From NCBI GenBank assembly GCA_051362555.1, contig CM120647.1, forward strand, positions 8,928,001 to 8,992,000: a stretch of 64,000 bases of DNA, written 5' to 3'. This document shows, piece after piece, positions 11,802 through 23,071 of this stretch. Position numbers and translations under genes: made by a program. Under the pieces are notes generated by a model that had not been told where the DNA came from, did no database searches, and saw only the letters and a list, made by a program, of their open reading frames with translations. Origin of the DNA: Lingula anatina (taxonomy: Eukaryota; Animalia; Brachiopoda). Numbering within the stretch: the first letter of the stretch is position 1; every line of letters starts with the position of its first letter.

Positions 11802-14117
11802 ACGCCCGGATACTTCAGTCTTTATAACATAATATTGGCACAACGCCTTACAGTTCATAAATATCGTCCCGTTTTAAACAGCATGGTGCAACTGAATGAA
11901 CTTGTTCTCGTGACTACAAACTATGCTCTATATACAGTACAATGGTTGACAAGCTGAAGCACAAGAATTTACCAAAGTGCATGTAATTCTACAGAAAGAG
12001 GTATTGAAAACCAATACACATTCACTGGAGTCTTAACACAATTAAACCGAGACTAATTTTAACTTTATCTAGGGGGTGAAGTCATAAATAAAGTGACTCA
12101 ACCCTTTTACAACTGAGAGCATCCACCAAAACTTGAATATAGTCATTTCTAATAATGATAATAAATATAATACGATTATTACCCAGACATAAACTTGACT
12201 TTGACAAATAACTGGTTTTAAAATAAGTTTCTCAAATGTAATTTTGCCCTGAAATCGCAACTACATGACAGTACCTGCATGATACATATGATAAAGATTA
12301 AAGCAAGCTTGCTTTGGAATATTTCAGGTCTCACATTACACTTTATGGCCGTCCATGTAAATTTCAATATGAATTTTTTGATCCGGAGAAAAGGGTGCAT
12401 ATGTGATGAATTGGATTTATTTGTCAACTATAACCCTTGAGAAAATCATAATATTAGTGATATTAGTAATGTGCACTCCCCTATCTTGAGAGATGCCTGA
12501 ACGCTTCCAGCCATCCCTCATGAGGAGCAGACTGTACAAAAAATATAATGAAATATTTTCTCAAACGTAAAATATTTCATTATAGATTTTGCACAACCTA
12601 TCAATGTAAAATCTCTTCATGTAAAAGCATTTACATGAAGTCGGATTTTACAAAGATGTGAGGGTTAGTTGAGGTTAGTGTGCGGATTATGATCTTCTCA
12701 AACGCTATACTGACGAACAACTCCACATCATCAACAGCACATATTTGAAAAATGACTACATCACTAAGATTGAAATAAAACACAGACGACCATAAGTGGT
12801 GGTGATACCAAAGTTTGAGCGAAAACCCATCTGCATTTAGAATGTGGATAAAGCAACTGGATATTCAATATTAAATTTTAAAACAATTATTATAATCACT
12901 GTAGAAGCAGACTTAAAATTTTCATACAGAACCACAATTCATCTTATTCAATTGATTATTCATGGAATTATAAATGAGCATCCTGAACTTCAGATTTCTC
13001 TTAAGCTATTGACAAAAGACGTTTCACTGTCATAAGTGAAAAAAACTCACTAAATGCAATTGCACTCGACTCATCTGTGACCCATGAACAGCAAAAATTC
13101 TCAATATCCAAAAGACTTGAGTGCATTATTAGGTTGTACCAGTATTCCTCTTACATTCAGTATATCGCTCTTCATTACCATTCCACATTCTCTAATTTTT
13201 TGCAGACAAGCTGTGTCCTTAAAACGAAGACTGCTAGGATGTCCGGTCATCAATGAAAGTGGCTACAGGGGCTCATTGCTAGCGACATATAGTGTTGCAC
13301 TTTTAGGCGAGGATTGGTTTCTGCGTTCGGTCATTATTTCTGGAAAACTGCCCTTTCGTAGCCTACAAATGAAACGTAATGTAAAGTATGAAAAGAAATT
13401 AAAAGCTTCCAGTAATTACAACAAAGATCAGTTTTTACACACCGTTAATACTCGTACTAGTATTTTAATATTTCATAATGCTATGGTTCTGAATATGACT
13501 ACTTTTTATTTTATTTTATTTTAAATTGCTTTTTTTTATTTTACTTCTATAACACAACACAAGAAAATTGCATTATGATTAAAGAAAGTGCGAAGATTCT
13601 TCAATAAAAAAAGTGACTGGAGAATAAGAGCTACAAAGGAGGGCATATGAATCACGAAAACGCCTAAGGATCTAAACAATATAAACAAGTGAAAATACAT
13701 GCTCACCTATACGATGGCCTCTTGGTACCACAACCGCAGCACTTAGGGTGAGGTTGGGAGTTGTAGCTCCGAGTATTCTAGACCAGTGACAACGCCACAT
13801 GTGTTGCACTGGGTCTGATGAAAATCTGAAATTTGGCCGATAGGAAGTCAAAATATTTTGCGCGAGTGATTTTTTTCAAGTTTGTGACAAATTAAAAGAG
13901 CTTTTGGATTCTTAAATGTCTGGACTAAGAATTTCCTTGAATAAGTTGTAAATAGAAAACAAATGTCTACAAAGTTTTATGACAAGAACAAAAGTGCTGT
14001 CATTTGCTACTAGTAATACCTGGATTGCTCCATTTTAATCCTTTTCGTCTAAAAGTAAAGACTAACTTAAAATACTTTTCAAGGGACCCAGTGATCTGAA
14101 TGAGTAGCAATGAGTAC

Positions 14118-14272
14118 CTGTGCCATGTTGACTGAAGAGTAAGACTTCATGTCATCTTCTGTGCTGTTCCAAGGCAAACCCAGCACTATCAGGTCGCTGT
14201 ACTTCTTGCTGTACAGCCGCTTTGTTTTCACGTTGCGATTTTTCAGGGTCTCATCTCCTTTTCCTTTGTTCT
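14118..14272 (-). pseudogene. TARDBP: TDP-43 exon-3-like fragment, copy 2
   Basis: ENKGKGDETLKNRNVKTKRLYSKKYSDLIVLGLPWNSTEDDMKSYSSVNMAQ. SDLIVLGLPW is identical to human TDP-43. 155 nt, same splice sites as copy 1. Confidence 0.88.
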
Positions 14273-14707
14273 CTAAAACGGTAACACATTCCAATTATTA
14301 TTAAGAATGTTAATTGAATTACCAACACTTTGTTGTATCAATATTTCTATTATTTTCTGTGTAATCAATGACTGCGACATACTAATTATTGTTCGGACAA
14401 GTAGATTTTTCAGAATGTATGAATATAGTGTTAAGACCATAAGATTTTTTCGAAGTTTTCAAAACAGCTTTTGATTTGATTTAGTTTTTTTTATGTTATA
14501 TCGTAATTCTAAAAATGCCAAGGTCTTAAAATTTTTAATCTATATTCAAATACAATACAATCCAAATTCATTGAAATTTGTATTCGGACCAGTGAATGCT
14601 GATTTAGACCAAAAGATTTTAGGAAAGTTTAGGTCCAATAGCCAGTAAGGCGAAAACCTTATGGCAAATCATTTAAGTCTATTTCTCACCCCAATAACAC
14701 GGGTTAC

Positions 14708-16290
14708 CTTTAAGGGTTTTCCATCTCAGTGAACGACACATGGCTTCTCCGATGCAGCCACCTCGAAGACAGACCATGGCAGGACTTGCTGAACGCTTCC
14801 CCGATGCAGACACCTCGTAGACAGACCTTGGCAGGACTCGCTGGACGCTTCCCCGATGCAGCCACCTCGTAGACAGACCATGGCAGGACTTGCTGGCACT
14901 AAGGGTTGATCTAAATGTAGATGTGGCCCTCTTTTCCTTGCAGTTGTCAATGGGAACTTTATCGATAATAGCCATAATCTAGTTCTGTTAACAGAAAGAA
15001 AAAAACGGATTATTGATTTTTCCAACATATGTCTTTTAAACAGAAAAAATGGATTAATGACTTTTCTAGATATGTCAGCACTCTGCAGTCAGGCTTACAC
15101 TTAAGGGTATTCTGTTAACAGAAATAAAAACGGATTAATGACTTTTCCTACCTTTGTTAGCACTCTGCAGTCAGGCTTACCTATATGGGTTTTCCATCTC
15201 TGTGAAACACCATATGCCTGGGATGCTTCTCCATTGCAGCCACCTCGTAGACAGACCATGGCAGGACTCGCTGGACGCTTCCCCATTGCAGCCACCTCAT
15301 AGACAGGACGTGGCAGGACTCGCTGACACAAAGGGTTGATGGACGTAGCTGAAGTGTAGATGTGGCCCTCTTCTCCTTGCACTTGTCAGTGGGAGCTCTA
15401 TCGAAACAGAAAGAAAATAGAATTAATGACTTTTTCTACCTATGTGAACACTCTGCAGTCAGGCTTACCTTTAAAGGTTTTCCATCTGAGGGAAACACCA
15501 CATGCCTTGGACGCTTCCTCATTGCAACCATCTTGTAGACGGACCATGACAGGACTCGCTGGACGCTTTCCCCAATGCAGCCATCTCGTAGACAGACCAT
15601 GGCAGGACTCGCTGGACGCTTCCTCATTGCAGCCACCTCATAGACAGGACGTGGCAGGACTCGCTGCCACCATGGATTGATGAACGTAGCTGAAGTGTAG
15701 ATGTGGGTCTCTTCTCCTTGCAGTTGTCAGTGGTAGCTCTAGAGAGAATCGCCATAATCGAGTTCTGTTAACCATCTCGTAGACAGACCAAGGCAGGACT
15801 CGCTGGACACTTCCCCGATGCAGCCACCTCGTTGACACACCATGGCAGGACTCGCTGGACGCTTCCTCATTGCAGCCACCTTATAGACAGGACGTGGCAG
15901 GACTCGCTGTCACCATGGATTGATGAACGTAGCTGAAGTGTAGATGTGGGTCTCTTCTCCTTGCAGTTGCCAGTGGTAGCTCTAGCGAGAATCGCCATAA
16001 TCGAGTTCTGTTAACAGAAAGTAAAAAATTAATTAATGACTTTTCCTACATATGTCAGCACTCTGCACTCAGGCTTACCTTTAAGGGTTTTCTCGCTGGA
16101 CGCTTCCCTAATGCAGCCACCTCGCTGAGACGGACCTGGCAGGACTCGCTGGCACCAAGGATTGACCGACGTGTAGATGTGGCCCTCTTCTCCTTGCAGT
16201 TGTCAGTGGGAGCTCTATCGAGAATCGACATAATGGACTTCTGGTAAAAGAAAGAAAAACGGATTAATAACTTTGCCTACCTATGTCAGC
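14708..16290 (-). repeat. Compound tandem array, copy 2 (~1.6 kb, ~5 modules, some fused by deletion)
   Basis: Same 52-bp unit and exon/intron modules as 976-3790. Confidence 0.95.
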
Positions 16291-16617
16291 ACTCTGCTTC
16301 CTGGACCTGTAATAGAAGAAACCTGGAATGCATGGAAATAAATGCAATGACACTACAAAAATAAAGCCCACAACAGCAGAAAGCCGATGACGTATCCTGC
16401 GAAGATTCCTGAGCGACGATTCCTCGTGGAGAGATGCGAAGGTTTTAGCTGGCCAGCTTAGAGAAATGTCGAATCCACCGTCCAGACGACTCCGATGAGC
16501 GATGCGTCGACTTGGGATGAGGAATAGATTCGGAGAAACGCGAGTCCTGTGTCCTTATTGCTTGATACGGGGCGCAGTAAATGGCATCCTTCTTGTTGCT
16601 CCTGATCTGTCTGCGTA

Positions 16618-16677
16618 GAATGAACGAAATTTCGAAATTCTGCGCTTTTATACCTTTAGTTGGTATATAGTCACATG
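16618..16677 (-). promoter_or_regulatory. TATA+Inr core promoter, copy 2
   Basis: ggTATAAAAgcgcagaatttcgaaatttcgtTCATTC on the minus strand, 31-nt spacing. Confidence 0.72.
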
Positions 16678-18229
16678 GTGGCGTTCCTTGTCAACTTGTT
16701 CATAGGGGTGGTGTTTGATAGTGATGCGCAAAATTGATTATTATATATTATTGACATATACATTTTATTTACTATTTTTCATTTTGATTATTCTGTTTAT
16801 CATTTTATTTTAAGATAAGAGTAATAAGTACTAAGCAGTGACTTCGAAATGTACAGGCATATTTGATGACAATTTCTGAGCAACATACCTTCTCCCCAAA
16901 ATTATAATGGCCATGATGTCCGTTAAACCGGTACAGGTAGTAGTGAACTTCTCGCAGGCCACTATAGTACGTGCGTATACAAACACTGATCCAAAATGTG
17001 GGTAATGTAATAGGGCGTAGGGTGACTGCATTTTCGAGGCAGCCTGAGGGAGCATGATTGTTTTGGTTGCAGTGAATTGTAGTGAGCCAATTGAAAATAC
17101 ACTGGACTTCGTGCCTACAGCCACCTCAGTACTTTGAAACACATTTTTTATCAACTGAGTATTTATTCTGAGAAATGAAAAACAAGTTATTGTTATTTTA
17201 CGAAACGAAAGAAAGCAGCACTAGGTCAAATGAAAAAATCTTGATTTACTTATACTAGGCAGTAGAAACAAATGAATATTTTTTGCATATAAAAGGTCTA
17301 CTGGTATAGGTAATAATTATAAGCGGGCACCTCTCTTCACGGCTTTGGGTTATCAATACTCTGATGCCAGTAGCATGAGTGGAGAAAAAAACAAAAATTA
17401 AAATAAAAAAGACATTAAGATAAAAATTAAATATTTCTGATTTATACGTCTTTATCCCCTTAATACTCAATTGAAAACTGCAATAATACACATTTTAATA
17501 TTGTTTTAAGTCTGAGTGGTCACTGGCATCCTTTCACATCTCCCTGACGACCACACAACGTAAGTTGTCGAACACTGAGCTTACATGTTAATAAGTCAAT
17601 TGCTTACTATCAATGTTTTTATGGCCAGGCACACAACAGCTCCATTTGTGTGTGTGTGTTTTTTTTTTTCAATGAGGTTGTCTTTGACTCGACCCAGCTT
17701 GAAAATCGGACTCGAGCCTTGCTTCGCCTGCCACGAGTACACTCACTGTTTCTCCTTATATAGATCCGTTTGATATTTTTAAAAAATCGTTAAGAATTAT
17801 CGAGAAAAAAGTTCGTTCAAGTGAAAAGATGTACTGCGATACTCGAGCGTTCATTTTCGTAGATATCCCATATAAATAAATAAGTAATAAAAGTGCATCT
17901 GCAATTACAGTAATAAGAGATAACAGACAGTTATAGCTGTTTATATTTTACAAGGTTTGTTGAGAAATTGAGGAAATGTTAACAATGGAGAGTATTAATG
18001 TTATGGATATTGGACATGAGGAGTGCATGTCAATTACCCGGAGTTTCTGAGACAACGAGAAACTTTTATTCTGTAAGTTTAAGTAACACTCCGAGAATCG
18101 CAGGTCAGTCAAAACCCTTCCATTATCAGGATGCCTGTGCGGTTTTTAACTTTTTTTCCCATACTTTCCCAAAATTCGACGTTAACTGGATATGTAGCCA
18201 TTATTTCTGTCTGAGGACCTCACTGTGGC

Positions 18230-18301
<72 letters not shown>

Positions 18302-18986
18302 TGTGTGAGAGAGAGAGAGAAAGAGAGAGAGAGCGCGCGCGTGTGTGTTGTGGAAGTACCTTATCAACAAATGGATTCTACGATGAATCGATTGTAAAAA
18401 AAATAAAAATAAATAAAATAAAATAAAAAACGCTAATGTGGTGGTGGTGACAGTTACTGTATATCTCCTCATTACAATAAATTAAATCATTTCATGAACA
18501 TGACAAACTACATACATTGTATTTTAAAACGCTTCTACTATTATTTATTTCTCCTTGTTCACACACTCAAAATATCGATAATTCGAGATTTGTGACGATC
18601 ACATTAATTGTAACGTCTCTCTAATAAAGGAAATGACATGTATTTAGTAGATAGCATTTGTAGTAAATGTTGTTGAGTCATAACATTTACGTAATAATTA
18701 GGTCTGAAAATTTGCATTTTAAATACATAATTCAAGATATTTGCTGGACCTAAACTTCAGTCTGTGTACGATCATTCCCCAAAGTTTCAGTTATTTTGGT
18801 AGCTTTGTCTTAATGTTGTGTTCTTTCCAAAATATGCTCCAAATGGCCTCCGCGGCACATGAAACACTCACATACGTCCTGCATAAATTGTCAGCTGCTC
18901 TAACAGATCACTTCCTGTTGATCAGTCTCTCCTGAAATCTGCCAGGCTGAGGAATAATCTGATGTGTGGGGATGACCCTGTTCTTG

Positions 18987-18987
<1 letters not shown>

Positions 18988-19027
<40 letters not shown>
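18988..19027. repeat. (TA)n microsatellite
   Basis: Expanded relative to the paralogous site at ~6577. Confidence 0.9.
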
Positions 19028-19030
<3 letters not shown>

Positions 19031-19110
19031 CATACAAATGTAATTATACATTTAAATAATATCATTTTAATATGATTTCAATGAAAGGACAATGTGCATA
19101 TGTGCCACCT

Positions 19111-20947
19111 TTATGTAGTTGAGTTGGGGACCGAGCACGAAATACCGGGCATCGCCTTTGACAGCGAGTCGACCAACGTATTCTTGATAAAGTTGGCAAA
19201 TTCCTCGTCACATTTCTTTGTAACGACTTTTATGTGGCACTTTACAAGGCGTCTCATGGCCCTGAAAAAAAAACACTGGGGTTAAGATAGGCATATGTGA
19301 TTAGCAGGATAGCTAAGTCCAGGGGCAAACGCAAACGATGCTATGATATTACTTGGAGTTTCGACTTCACTTTTATCTTTTTATCTAGCTTAAGACTTTC
19401 ACATCAAAACATCATCAATTATCAAAAACGTTGAACTGAACCGCAGAATATCAAGAATAATGTAGAAATCAAAACCTCCTTTACACTGGGCGGCGTCCTT
19501 TCTGCGTCCTTTGTGCGACCATGAAACTGGCATCGCTGTGGTCGTAGAAAGGAGGCACAAGCATCGCTTCGGTTGCAGAATGAATGCTCTATGGTCGGCC
19601 AGTTGGCACGTAAAGTTCGTTCTTTACTCTCAAAAGGGGCCGTGCTAAGGGACGCACAAAGGACGCCGTCCAGTGTAAAAGGGGCTTTAAACAAACATTA
19701 ACTTACCAACAAACAGAAGACTCTGTCGCAGTACCCGCCATTGCCTTCCCAATCATCATCCCTAAAAATTCAGTCTTTGGTTTACACCGTCGTTCGGCAG
19801 CCATTGTATATCTTCGCATGCATTCATGATTTTGGAGGGTCACTGTTAAATGGTTAAGAAAAAGATTAATTTTTATTTAGCCTATAAAAAATGTACAATA
19901 TCGGGAATAAAATGCTCTGAAAAAGCATCGGTGTAAAAAAATAGAAAATAAAAAAAAAACAGTGCTGTATGAATTAAAAAGTTTAAAACTGTACTCAAAG
20001 GAATGCGACTGAAGGATAAAAGCTACATAAAATCGTTTACTACCCTTAAAAGCTTGATAAATAAATTCCTTGGACAACCATAGACAACTTAAAAAAAAAG
20101 ATGAAGTTAATTTCCCCGCCATTTTGAAGGGACTCAAAATGTCGTATTATTGGATTCTAGTTTCTATTCCAGGTCTGGAGTAGGCACTGTTATTTCGCTG
20201 TTCTCTAAATTGCTTATTTCGCTTGATCTAATTTGTGAAAATCAATTTCTTGTATTAGCTGGATTTAAATTTCATATTAATGATAGAATAAATGTTTGTT
20301 AATGAATGGCGGATATTACATATAGTCAAGCAGTGACTGCAGTGAGGCTGACAGTTAAATGTATTCACTACGAGAGGAGGCCAAAAAGTTTTAGGACAAA
20401 AACTGAAAAAGGGAAGCTTTACTTTTGAAAAAAAAAAAATTGCTCACAGCATATCTTCATCAGAAGTGTAAGGAAGTTGTATTTCCCTTCGAAAATCAAT
20501 TTACGGGAGAATTCTGGGGATGTTTTGGCGCCAGGTCTTAACCTGTTTTGTTTGAGGACACGAATCGAGTTCTTATCAAATGTTCTTTACAGCAATGTAG
20601 CGTCCATTTAGGGACCACAACTATGTAGATTATTGAGACAGAGAGAGGAGGAGGAGGGTCCCATGGGGGGGGGGGGTTGATCACAGTTCCCGGAAATAGA
20701 AGCAACATTCACAAATTACATTAAATAAAATTTATTCATACGTCACTAACAATGCGCGTCGAAGATCCTGAAAACCACGGATCACCGGGTATAATGATTT
20801 CGTTTCACAAATGGCGGAGATTAAAAAGCCTCATTCACAAGTCACGGAAATGGTGTGCTTTATGAATCACGCTAAATGAAATTAACGTTTCACGCATCTC
20901 AGGAAATAAAAAGTGACTTTCACGGGTAACGGAAATAACAAACGGAC

Positions 20948-21003
<56 letters not shown>

Positions 21004-23071
21004 CGACTTACAGTTTCTCTCTTGCTCCCCACATGTTGAATTAATACTGGATTGCAAGCTCTCTGCCGTCCCTCTGAAAAGCCTAGCAACTTCCGGATCG
21101 CACGAATCTCTGCTCGCTACCTCTTCGATACATTCAATAACTCTCGGGTATATGCTAAAAATAGAAGCAAAATAATAATAATAAACAGAGTGGTAGTCCT
21201 AGGAATGGACGTCCGGGGTCCCATATGATTAGTGCAAGTTAGGGTTAGTCAGAGTATTGGGGTTTGTATATGGGACGAATGTCACCCGTATAAAGTAAAG
21301 CCTAGGTCCCAACTACGTTTTGGACGCACGGTTTTTAGGTTCCTTGCGTTCGGCTAGAACGTAGCTTGATCGCACGTAGCGGCTGTTGATCATGTCGAAA
21401 AGTTTCTAAGTGCTGTTTGCGTCCTCCAAAAGTCGCACGATGGACGTGCTCCTCACGCACGAACTCCTTCCCGATTCCTTCCCTGCGATCTAGCTACATC
21501 CTAGACGGACGCAAGGAACCTAAAAACCGTGCGTCCAAAACGTAGTTGGGACCTAGGCTTTAGGGTTAGTCAGAGTATTGGGGTTAGTATATGGGACGAA
21601 TATCACCCGTATAAAGTAAAGGGTAACGGTCTACGGTTCCCAGCGGACAACATAATTCCTGTCATACCGGCAAACGGACAGATAGGCTGACAGACACACG
21701 GACAGACAAACAGACAGATAGACAATCAAATGTAATAAATAAATAATACTTTAATTTTTTTTACATCTCTGCTGCTTTCAGATAGGAATACACTTATATT
21801 AGAACCCTCGTTATTAAAAAAAAAATTAACAAAAAAAGTACAGAAATTCCAACACTTACTTGCAGATTTCTTTCAGGTCTTGAGCTGAGGGCGTATACCT
21901 GCCAGACATCGCTTCCAAGGATAGTCCTTTACTTTGGGCAAAATCAATGAGATGTTGCGTACACCCTTGAAGATCTAGCGGGGAGCAAGTTCCGGAACGC
22001 TTCACCACTAAAAGGTAAAACGGAATAACCAAGGCACCAGCTATTTTATTATTCATTTGATTTCAAGCCTTTATTGACTTCCAACTCATTCAAGTATTCA
22101 TCCATCCATATTTTCAATAATAAATTTATGTTTTTCATGGTGAGATATTTAATTATCAGATTGCTAATTTCTCGCAATATTTATTTCGCTTTCGTTAACT
22201 TAATTTAGAAGCGTGTTCTTAAATGATCTTAATGTATAAACATTTTAGAAAAAAATAATCGCTTTACTATTTTAGTATAATTTCGACCTTTTGGTTGCTA
22301 TGCTTTTAATAATATTCTTCTTCTTCTCCTCCTCCTCTTTTTTTTGTCATTATATAGCGTACATATATCAAGCCCGTAGCCAGGGGGGTTCGGGGGTTCG
22401 AAAGAACCGCCCCTTTTGCTGTGAAAAGGTCCACTCTGGGCAAAATATGATCTAGGTACATAAAGTTTTTATGGGAAAAGGTCCACTTTTTCAGAATAAG
22501 AACCCCCCTTTTGAAATTGGTGGCTACGGGCCTGTATATAGACCTACTGCCAATCAGTGACTTTCGAAATAAAGCACCGTAGACACGGTTCAAATAATGT
22601 ATATTCTCGATGACGATTATCCGGAAAAATACGCGTTATTAGAATATTGCTTAAAAAGACTGATGTCGAGAGTTGGTTTTACCAAGGAGTTATAACAGAC
22701 ACACTCTTGTCACAGGGTTTAATATTTTGCTGGAATATTTTTATAAAGAAAACAGGTGAAAAAACCAAGAAATTTTGTCTCAAAAAGAATATACACACTT
22801 GGGGGTGGAGCCCGTTTGCGGGTTTCTCAATGGTCGGAATGAATAGAGCCCAAAGAACAATGAGAGACTGTGTATTAGTCTCGTATAAATCTTGTTTCCC
22901 AGAAAACGTACCCTCCCTGGCGCTTCGTGATGAGGCTGCAAATTAAAATGAAGTCAGATATTTATAAAAATGCGAGAAAACATACAAACTTTAACCTCCC
23001 TGGGAAAACTTACCCCCAGCGTTGCACAGTGATACCAGAAACGCAAATCCTAAAACAGTAGCGGAGCCCAT
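19111..23071 (-). CDS. Secreted cysteine-rich protein, 211 aa, paralog B
   Basis: Exons 23071-23014, 22007-21860, 21154-21012, 19842-19707, 19261-19111. Exon lengths and splice sites are the same as paralog A, the ORF is intact, there are 19 aa differences and all Cys are kept. Confidence 0.9.
19473..19686. mobile_element. MITE, PIF/Harbinger-like (paralog of 7038-7254)
   Basis: TIR cctttacactgggcggcgtcc / ggacgccgtccagtgtaaagggggct. Confidence 0.75.
21299..21559. mobile_element. MITE with long near-perfect TIRs, specific to unit 2
   Basis: AGCCTAGGTCCCAACTACGTTTTGGACGCACGGTTTTTAGGTTCCTTGCGT and its exact reverse complement at the right end, flanked by TAA/TTA. Absent at the paralogous site ~8925. 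Confidence 0.9.
22369..22534. mobile_element. Dispersed MITE family (CAGGCCCGTAGCC TIR), copy specific to unit 2
   Basis: caagcccgtagcca ... tggctacgggcctg. Absent at ~9685. Related copies in the opposite orientation at ~47398-47566 and ~56337-56498. Confidence 0.8.

Larger units (their letters stand above)
13100..16621 (-). other. TDP-43-derived spliced repeat transcription unit, copy 2 (3' end approximate)
   Basis: TATA 16652-16646, +1 at 16621, array 16290-14708, TARDBP-like exon 14272-14118, exon 13825-13707 (ttcag| ... |gtgagc), terminal-exon acceptor atttgtag| at 13362. The ATG at 14975 reads in frame to TAG at 13780-13778 (156 aa). Confidence 0.6.
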
